From: a virus
Reading direction: 5' to 3' (one strand)
Virus record (IMG/VR): IMGVR_UViG_3300029868_000014
Coordinates: 1-37,887 of that record
DNA: 37,887 nt
The number at the start of each line of letters is the position of its first letter. The stretch's first letter is position 1. Of this stretch, positions 32,496 through 37,887 are shown piece by piece. Position numbers and translations under genes: made by a program. The notes under the pieces are model-generated. The model had not been told where the DNA came from, made no database searches, and saw only the letters and a list, made by a program, of their open reading frames with translations.

Positions 32496-32942
32496 TTAAA
32501 ATGAGGGGCATTGCGGCAACCTCGGTTCTGGGCCTGCGTACTTAAGCTTGCTAAATTTCTTTCGAGATCGACACGGGTTGTTGACAAACAAAACGCTTTT
32601 AAGATCATGCCGTACAGCGTGCGCCTCGGAACCATAAATTACAGTAGCGTGACTACGCCCCCCTAAAATCCGTCCTATTTCAGAGATGGATGCTCTACCA
32701 ATTCTACTAGCGTGGTACATTACCCAATGTCTAGGGCCAACGAATTTTTGAATCCGGCTAGGGCATTTAATTTCCTCAACACTCACGTCATAGATTTTTG
32801 ACGCCTCCCTCATCAAGCTCCTAACTGTTCTCTTTTTAAATCGCTCGATTGCCATTAATTTATAACGTTCTTCACGGGAATTTTTGTAAGTAAGCGCTTT
32901 CCCATCAATTTGAACGCTGCTTGTTGTTGTTATATCGTACAT
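32496..32942 (-). CDS. DnaA domain IV-like DNA-binding protein, 148 aa
   Basis: YDVSVEEIKCPSRIQKFVGPRHWVMYHASRIGRASISEIGRILGGRSHATVIYG parallels the DnaA C-terminal domain (R..PR...MY....S..EIG..GGRDHTTV). Confidence 0.8.
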   Translation of the reverse strand: MYDITTTSSVQIDGKALTYKNSREERYKLMAIERFKKRTVRSLMREASKIYDVSVEEIKCPSRIQKFVGPRHWVMYHASRIGRASISEIGRILGGRSHATVIYGSEAHAVRHDLKSVLFVNNPCRSRKKFSKLKYAGPEPRLPQCPSF

Positions 32943-32953
32943 AATTCTCTCCT

Positions 32954-33316
32954 TTAAATTCCAATTTCTAGTATTACAGCTCCACCCTTGATGACATCGC
33001 CAACCTCGTAAGAGGGAATCCAGTCGGCATCATCCACACCAATCGCATCAACAATACCGTCTTGACCACTTTTAAACGCGGCGATCATATTATCGCGATC
33101 TCTACGGCGCTTATCCGGCGGGTGAAATGTTATCTTGACTGGTAGTTTTACGGTTTTAGCCCATATAAACCCACCTTTAGGGCCAACAATGCTATTTGCA
33201 ATCATGCAGCAATCAAATCGATATGCCTTGGCTAACCGCGCCTTTCCCGCCCAGCTTCTTTTATACTGGTTAGGGGACAGTTTAGGGTTTGGGTAAGGTA
33301 ATTGAATTTTAATCAT
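32954..33316 (-). CDS. rusA: Holliday-junction resolvase RusA
   Basis: MIKIQLPYPNPKLSPN ... PPDKRRRDRDNMIAAFKSGQDGIVDA aligns with E. coli RusA (LPWPPSNN ... PDRRRRDLDN..K...D). ATG 33316 overlaps the upstream stop. Confidence 0.9.
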   Translation of the reverse strand: MIKIQLPYPNPKLSPNQYKRSWAGKARLAKAYRFDCCMIANSIVGPKGGFIWAKTVKLPVKITFHPPDKRRRDRDNMIAAFKSGQDGIVDAIGVDDADWIPSYEVGDVIKGGAVILEIGI

Positions 33317-33656
33317 CGCAACCAACCCATTTCCAAGTACAACACCCATAAGGAGTGCAAAGCCTGTTACCCCAAACTAGATAACCATCAGGAAGCGAGT
33401 ACTCACGCCACTCGGTTATACCGAGAATAGATGAATTTAATTTAATCATACTCATTGTGAAGTGGAGACTAAGAGTTTCGCGCCTAACTATGTCATTAGC
33501 GGTGTCACCGGATCTGTAGGCGGGCATTTCAAGAGGCTTTTCAGGCTCCTCATGCTCCCATCTATCTAGCTTGCGCCAAGCATACCAGCCAAACCAGACC
33601 TTACGATTACCAATCTGGGTAGGGAGCCATGCAAATTCTTTATTCCACTCAGTCAT
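33309..33656 (-). CDS. Trp-rich hypothetical protein, 115 aa
   Basis: AAAGGAGGAGAG SD. Confidence 0.65.
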   Translation of the reverse strand: MTEWNKEFAWLPTQIGNRKVWFGWYAWRKLDRWEHEEPEKPLEMPAYRSGDTANDIVRRETLSLHFTMSMIKLNSSILGITEWREYSLPDGYLVWGNRLCTPYGCCTWKWVGCDD

Positions 33657-33894
33657 AACTCTCCTCCTTTGTTTTTTTGAAAAAACCTGCGATCAAAACC
33701 ATGGGTATTAACGGCCAAGCGGCACCTAATAGAATAGGCATCCATGTTAACAACGAAAATTTTGTAGCGCCTATTTTTTTGGTGCCCCTTGATTTATTGA
33801 AAACAATATCAATAACCCTTCCAATGAACGAGGTATACCAAAAAACTACTAAAAACAGAAGGTAAACCTTCCACCATGTATCAATAACAATCAT
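33649..33894 (-). CDS. Membrane protein, 81 aa (2-3 TM)
   Basis: Hydrophobic helices. ATGA coupling with the upstream gene. Confidence 0.65.
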   Translation of the reverse strand: MIVIDTWWKVYLLFLVVFWYTSFIGRVIDIVFNKSRGTKKIGATKFSLLTWMPILLGAAWPLIPMVLIAGFFKKTKEESYD

Positions 33895-34016
33895 GTTTCA
33901 CCTCTCAAAATTCTAGTCATGGCGTCACGTAGCTCTCTTGTGACTTTACGTGTGTTTCCATGATATCTGAACTGATAGGCCTTGTGAGCCTTTGCGTAGA
34001 AATTAGGCATGGTCAT
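33891..34016 (-). CDS. Small basic protein, 41 aa (not in the ORF track)
   Basis: The ATG overlaps the HNH stop (ATGA) and its TGA overlaps the next ATG (ATGA). MTMPNFYAKAHKAYQFRYHGNTRKVTRELRDAMTRILRGET. Confidence 0.55.
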   Translation of the reverse strand: MTMPNFYAKAHKAYQFRYHGNTRKVTRELRDAMTRILRGET

Positions 34017-34393
34017 TTCATTTTCCTCTCAACTGTTCCGTCAAATTTCTTCTTGAATTCCTTATTGAATGGGCGAGATTTCATTTTCTGTTTAGGATTA
34101 TTCTTCTTAGGACGATCTCGGTTCACCTCGAAACGACGGTTTTTCGACATATATTCTTGGTCCGAACGTGTCTTTTCTAAATGGTGTTCCCGGCAAAGAT
34201 AAGCAGCGTTCTCTAGTGTAGCGCCGCCCTCTAATCCGCATGCTCGGACATGATCCAGCTCTTTAGCTACTTGGTCACAGGCATCAGGGAAGCGGTCTTT
34301 AATATCGGCTGACATAAGATGCACCTCGCAGAAACCACCAGACCGCTTTAATGCTTCACGCTTCACAGATATAGGGAATTCCTTGCGGCTCAT
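34013..34393 (-). CDS. HNH endonuclease, 126 aa
   Basis: GGFCEVH ... ELDHVRACGLEGGATLENAAYLCREHHLEKT is an HNH (C..H...DH....N...LC..CH) signature. Confidence 0.8.
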   Translation of the reverse strand: MSRKEFPISVKREALKRSGGFCEVHLMSADIKDRFPDACDQVAKELDHVRACGLEGGATLENAAYLCREHHLEKTRSDQEYMSKNRRFEVNRDRPKKNNPKQKMKSRPFNKEFKKKFDGTVERKMK

Positions 34394-34605
34394 ATCTTCC
34401 GCCCTAGCTCATTCCACGACTGTAAATCAAGTTCAGCCGCAATGCTTCTTGTGCCGTTAAGCTCTGATAGCTTCTTTTTAGATATCGATATTCTAACCGC
34501 GTGGATGTGTTTGCGCTGTGATGCGACGAGGCGGGTATCAAACTTATTCACGGATTTGATAATGTCGCGTGTGGCCTTTTGCGCCCATGTAGTGAAATCA
34601 CTCAT
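34390..34605 (-). CDS. Hypothetical protein, 71 aa
   Basis: GGGAGAGAG SD. Confidence 0.65.
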   Translation of the reverse strand: MSDFTTWAQKATRDIIKSVNKFDTRLVASQRKHIHAVRISISKKKLSELNGTRSIAAELDLQSWNELGRKI

Positions 34606-34837
34606 CGCTCTCTCCCGTTAAAATGTTGAAATAATCAGTGATAAGCAACCCGTAAAGGGTGTGACTCTCCACCCCAAATTTCTCGCAATTATGTAGCAGT
34701 TCCAATCTTTTTTCATGCGGGATACTTCCGCGCGCAACCCAACCATCAACACTTGATGAGCTAGTCATTCCAGCAGCTTGAGCCACCTGATGACGTGACC
34801 TGAACAGGCCAATTATCTCTAATACATTTTTATTCAT
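34598..34837 (-). CDS. Cro / YdaS-like HTH regulator, 79 aa
   Basis: HQVAQAAGMTSSSSVDGWVARGSIPHEKRLEL fits the Cro/YdaS HTH pattern. First gene of the leftward operon. No SD. Confidence 0.65.
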   Translation of the reverse strand: MNKNVLEIIGLFRSRHQVAQAAGMTSSSSVDGWVARGSIPHEKRLELLHNCEKFGVESHTLYGLLITDYFNILTGESDE

Positions 34838-34843
34838 GAGATT

Positions 34844-34872
34844 ATGTTAGCGTAAATATTATTATTGCGCAA
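34844..34872 (-). promoter_or_regulatory. Putative leftward early promoter TTGCGC-17-TAACAT
   Basis: The -10 ends 6 nt before ATG 34837, implying a leaderless or near-leaderless mRNA. The -35 lies within the palindrome TTGCGCAA. Confidence 0.4.
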
Positions 34873-34885
34873 CGCCTTTTATGGG

Positions 34886-34914
34886 TTGACCTTGTTTTAA
34901 GGGTGTGTCAGTGT
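34886..34914 (+). promoter_or_regulatory. Putative rightward early promoter TTGACC-17-CAGTGT
   Basis: Good -35, weak -10. Lies 25 nt upstream of ATG 34939. Confidence 0.4.
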
Positions 34915-34938
34915 GGGGTCATCAAAGGAGAGATTGGT

Positions 34939-35190
34939 ATGCCATATTTTCAAGACGAAGCGTCTATCAGATACATTACACACACGGACGATAACACAGA
35001 CGATGACGATGGGAAGTTAAGCGGAAACGTTGGAACTGTAAGCGCTAGCTTTCAAGGTGACGGCGCTGACGTGCTTATTTGGGGTACTGACGGAGCAACA
35101 TTAAGTCTAACAATTAGCCAGATGAGGCACCTTGCTAGCGTATTTATGGAAGTCGAGAGAATTCACGCGTCCAACCAAAAGGTGAAATGA
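34939..35190 (+). CDS. Hypothetical acidic protein, 83 aa
   Basis: AAAGGAGAGA SD. The track start at 34903 is a GTG inside the promoter. Confidence 0.65.
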   Translation: MPYFQDEASIRYITHTDDNTDDDDGKLSGNVGTVSASFQGDGADVLIWGTDGATLSLTISQMRHLASVFMEVERIHASNQKVK

Positions 35191-35191
35191 T

Positions 35192-35440
35192 ATGTCTAGC
35201 AAATACATGGTCGGCACTAAAGAGTACTATCGTGCAGGCGCTTGGAATGCATTAAAAGACGCGAGGGCGCTTTATGACGTCAACTCTAGCAGGGGTGTTG
35301 CACAAGCAATGCACATATTTAGAGTTTGCAGACAGCTTTCAAAAATGAATCCTAAAACTAAGACGTTATTAGAAAATAGAGCCGAACACGAAAAAGAGTT
35401 CATGAGGCGTCAAAAAACTTGGAATCCTTGGGCTCAATAG
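35192..35440 (+). CDS. Hypothetical protein, 82 aa
   Basis: Starts 1 nt after the upstream stop. Confidence 0.65.
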   Translation: MSSKYMVGTKEYYRAGAWNALKDARALYDVNSSRGVAQAMHIFRVCRQLSKMNPKTKTLLENRAEHEKEFMRRQKTWNPWAQ

Positions 35441-35446
35441 GAGAGA

Positions 35447-35545
35447 ATGATGAGAAGATTTAAGAGGGCATTAGGCGACGCAACAGTAGCCCTAGTTATA
35501 TTTGCAATTGCCGTCGTTGTTTTAAATATCCCATACGCTGGGTAA
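35447..35545 (+). CDS. Small membrane protein, 32 aa (not in the ORF track)
   Basis: TAGGAGAGA SD. MMRRFKRALGDATVALVIFAIAVVVLNIPYAG. Confidence 0.5.
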   Translation: MMRRFKRALGDATVALVIFAIAVVVLNIPYAG

Positions 35546-35565
35546 TAATTTACAGGAGAGATATT

Positions 35566-35793
35566 ATGGAAACCAAAGAAGAATTTGAAGAGAATGCGGC
35601 TCGCATTTTTATAAGCTTGAGTAATTTAAAGCATTCTCTCGACAAAGCCCCGATTGAAACAGTCCAATATATTTACGATAAGATTGATGCAATTAATAAG
35701 CTATCAATGGGTATTATGCTTAGATGTGATGTGTTCAACGAGGCATTAGACGGTAGAGATGAGATTGAATTAATGAAAAAGGCAGGAATGTAA
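35566..35793 (+). CDS. Hypothetical protein, 75 aa
   Basis: CAGGAGAGA SD. Confidence 0.65.
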   Translation: METKEEFEENAARIFISLSNLKHSLDKAPIETVQYIYDKIDAINKLSMGIMLRCDVFNEALDGRDEIELMKKAGM

Positions 35794-36458
35794 TGAGTGG
35801 AATAACGCCAACAACAACTAAAATACTAAACGGGCCTCTAGACCCTAAGCACGTAAGCCAAAGAAACCAATCTGGACGTTCTTTGTCTTATATTGAAGGC
35901 TGGCACGCCATCGCGGAAGCTAATCGAGTGTTTGGGTTTGACGGATGGGATAGAACTTTAACCACGTGTGAGTGTGTCAACCAAAAGGAACGCAAAATAG
36001 GAGCCGCAAAGAATGATGGTTGGGGTGTAACTTATATCGCCCGCGTCCGCATTCTTGTTAGATTTGGCTCTACAGAGACGACGCGAGAGGGTTGTGGTGC
36101 TGGCCACGGGATCGACAGGGATTTAGGTCAAGCACACGAGAGCGCTATCAAGGAAGCTGAAACCGACGCTATGAAGCGCGCGCTTATGACTTTTGGGAAT
36201 AAGTTCGGCTTGGCTCTTTACGATAAGACGCAAGCAAATGTGAGGGCTGAGGATGGTCGCTTGCCTAATGCAAAAGCAAAACCTATCGCGGATAAGATAA
36301 ATAAATTGATAAACGAAAGTGTTACCGTGGAGCAGCTCGACCTTAATTGGACAGAGATTGTAGACGAATACATGAGTTTAATTCCTAAGGGCTGGGAGCA
36401 GCCGCTAATGGATAAATACGCAAACAAACGAGACGAATTAAAGGATAAAATGTCATGA
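35793..36458 (+). CDS. Rad52/Rad22-family single-strand annealing protein
   Basis: RSLSYIEGWHAIAEANRVFGFDGWDR ... GCGAGHG ... HESAIKEAETDAMKRALMTFGNKFGLALYDK matches the Rad52-type annealase core. Confidence 0.8.
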   Translation: MSGITPTTTKILNGPLDPKHVSQRNQSGRSLSYIEGWHAIAEANRVFGFDGWDRTLTTCECVNQKERKIGAAKNDGWGVTYIARVRILVRFGSTETTREGCGAGHGIDRDLGQAHESAIKEAETDAMKRALMTFGNKFGLALYDKTQANVRAEDGRLPNAKAKPIADKINKLINESVTVEQLDLNWTEIVDEYMSLIPKGWEQPLMDKYANKRDELKDKMS

Positions 36459-36637
36459 CCCAAACAACAACAGTCGCAGAACGCATTAGTGATTTATGGG
36501 CTAAGGCGTGGGTTAGAGAGTTGGGGCCGGACGCTACCCTAACCGGGGTAGAGCAGGGAAAGTTATATATGTTGGTTCAGCAAGCAAAAGCGGAAGCGCT
36601 AACACGGGTCAACTTAGAGAAGGACTCACTAAAATGA
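36455..36637 (+). CDS. Hypothetical protein, 60 aa
   Basis: ATGA overlaps at both ends. Confidence 0.6.
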   Translation: MTQTTTVAERISDLWAKAWVRELGPDATLTGVEQGKLYMLVQQAKAEALTRVNLEKDSLK

Positions 36638-37086
36638 GTAGTATCAACAAAATAATTTTAGTCGGAAACATTGTGCGCGACCCGGAAGTTAGAAGAATGA
36701 CCTCAGGGGATTCTCTGTGCAATCTGACTGTGGCTACATCTGAGCGCTGGAAAGATAAAAATACCGGGGAGCGTAAGGAGAAATCCGAGTTTCACCGCGT
36801 CGTTATCTTCGATGAGAATATCGTGAAGGTGTGTGAGAATTATCTTAAGAAGGGTTCTAAAGTCTATCTTGAGGGTGCCTTGCAAACACGCAAATGGACA
36901 GACCAAAGCGGTGTAGAGAAATACAGCACTGAAGTTGTTTTGCAGAAATTCCGGGGTACGCTTGTTATGCTTGATAGCAAAGGCGGTGGTGGAGAGGCTC
37001 CACAGACTACAGCTAGCAATGAGGGGCGCCAAAAGGAATTCCACAACGCAGACTTAGACGACCAAATTCCGTTTATTAGGTGGTAG
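36634..37086 (+). CDS. ssb: Single-stranded DNA-binding protein
   Basis: INKIILVGNIVRDPEVR ... FHRVVIFD ... KGSKVYLEGALQTRKW OB-fold pattern. Gly-rich linker. Acidic DDQIPF tail. Confidence 0.95.
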   Translation: MSSINKIILVGNIVRDPEVRRMTSGDSLCNLTVATSERWKDKNTGERKEKSEFHRVVIFDENIVKVCENYLKKGSKVYLEGALQTRKWTDQSGVEKYSTEVVLQKFRGTLVMLDSKGGGGEAPQTTASNEGRQKEFHNADLDDQIPFIRW

Positions 37087-37087
37087 A

Positions 37088-37498
37088 ATGTCAGATAGAC
37101 ACGTTATATCAATCTACAACCAAGAGCAGCTTTCAAAGGCTTTTGAGGGCATGGGTTGGCTAAAAGATAAGATTGGCCAAGGGTGGTGGGTGACATTCAC
37201 CCGTCGCCGGTCCGATGCCCAAAATAACTTAATGTGGAAATGGTTAGGGATTATATCCAAGGAACTGCTTTGGTGTGGTCAATACTGGCCAGATACAGCA
37301 TGGAAGGATTGCCTAATGCATGCTTTTGCTGGTGGTCAGTTTATGCCGGGAACGGATGGGGGGATGGTGCCTATCGGTAAAAGTACATCATCGCTGGGTA
37401 AAGCAGAGTTTAGTTTGTTTATGGATAGTATCGACGCATTCGCAGGCCGTGAAGGAATAGAGCTTCCGAATCAGAAGGTAAAGGAATCTGGTGGCTAA
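37088..37498 (+). CDS. ninB: NinB (Orf) recombination protein
   Basis: VTFTRRRSDAQNNLMWKWLGIISKE...WKDCLMHAF...VPIGKSTSSLGKAEFSLFMDSIDAFAGREGIEL aligns with lambda NinB (VVTIQERNRSLDQNRKLWACLGDVS...WKCVF...VIGQSTSRM..EFAELLELIQAFGTERGV). Confidence 0.9.
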   Translation: MSDRHVISIYNQEQLSKAFEGMGWLKDKIGQGWWVTFTRRRSDAQNNLMWKWLGIISKELLWCGQYWPDTAWKDCLMHAFAGGQFMPGTDGGMVPIGKSTSSLGKAEFSLFMDSIDAFAGREGIELPNQKVKESGG

Positions 37499-37510
37499 CT
37501 GTCACTAGAC

Positions 37511-37551
37511 GGCGGGTTGAGTGCTTTGTTCCCTCCTTAGCACTCCCCGCC
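37511..37551 (+). other. Strong 12-bp hairpin (GGCGGG-TT-GAGTGC / GCACTC-CCCGCC, 15-nt loop) without a U-tract
   Basis: Read directly. Lies between ninB and the next SD. Confidence 0.6.
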
Positions 37552-37569
37552 AAATTAAAGGAGAATAAG

Positions 37570-37887
37570 ATGAGTGACGAGCTAACAAAAGTAATCGAGG
37601 GCGCTTTAAGGGAGACCGGGGTCGCTCCGATTTTAGATAGTGACGGCGCGTTTATCGCTAAAGCTGTACGTGAATACATGCTGAAAGAAGAGGCTATGAC
37701 GCGAGAAGGATTGCTTGCTGCTATGACCGTTCTTGAAGGTTTTTTGGAATGGCACGACAATCCCGACAAATATGAGTCGGGCTATGGAATTGAGTGTTCG
37801 ATGTCTATGCGTGAATGGCTTGTTAAAGACGACCGCGCAATGATTAAGACTGCGCGAGGCGCGCTCAAAGCAACACTAGGAGAACCC
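37570..37887 (+). CDS. Hypothetical protein, 108 aa; 5' part (continues across the circular junction, stop at 126-128)
   Basis: AAAGGAGAA SD. The frame is open to the window end. Confidence 0.65.
   Translation, partial: MSDELTKVIEGALRETGVAPILDSDGAFIAKAVREYMLKEEAMTREGLLAAMTVLEGFLEWHDNPDKYESGYGIECSMSMREWLVKDDRAMIKTARGALKATLGEP
37769..37887. repeat. Terminal direct repeat, copy 2
   Basis: Identical to 1-119. Confidence 0.95.

Noticed and set aside
27808-33656. Possible paralogy of the two Trp-rich proteins (27808..28116 and 33309..33656; LP..G.K.VW.G... motif)
   Set aside because: The similarity is limited to about 20 residues and rich in W/G. By eye I cannot separate it from compositional bias.
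1-37887. Search by eye for tRNA or tmRNA T-loop motifs, CRISPR-like regularly spaced repeats, integrase, transposase or reverse-transcriptase signatures
   Set aside because: None was found. The only GGTTCG-type string (near 28933) has no matching acceptor or T stems. The dispersed repeats are irregularly spaced and lack the structure of a CRISPR array.

Overview
The window is a complete, end-closed genome of a tailed dsDNA phage with a P22-like podovirus layout. The first and last 119 nt are identical, so the unit length is 37,768 bp. I found no tape-measure, sheath or tube genes. On the circle there are seven blocks. (1) A plus-strand early operon, 34939 -> junction -> 1479, encodes a Rad52-like annealase, SSB, NinB and small unknown ORFs. 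(2) A divergent minus-strand operon, 34837 -> 32250, encodes a Cro/YdaS-like HTH, an HNH endonuclease, RusA and a DnaA-domain-IV-like protein, and ends in an intrinsic terminator. (3) A short minus-strand operon, 32022 -> 31032, has three tiny unknown ORFs plus an XRE HTH. It starts at a promoter with an embedded palindromic operator and ends in a terminator. (4) A run of about 25 small accessory ORFs, 30881 -> 23741, carries several dispersed repeats and one roughly 470-nt non-coding or decayed stretch. (5) Two structural-looking genes lie at 23585 -> 22039. (6) An orphan plus-strand gene, 21383..21838, has its own consensus promoter carrying the same operator, plus its own terminator. (7) The late minus-strand operon, 21266 -> 1476, runs TerS, TerL, portal, scaffold, P22-type coat, adaptor and tail proteins, three low-complexity ejection-type proteins, a pectate-lyase-type tailspike and a lysis cassette. 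Almost every gene has a strong AAGGAGAG-type Shine-Dalgarno site, and many are coupled by ATGA start/stop overlaps. I recognised no tRNA, rRNA, CRISPR array, integrase, DNA polymerase, helicase or primase. All functional calls rest on motif recognition by eye and gene order; no database search was run.
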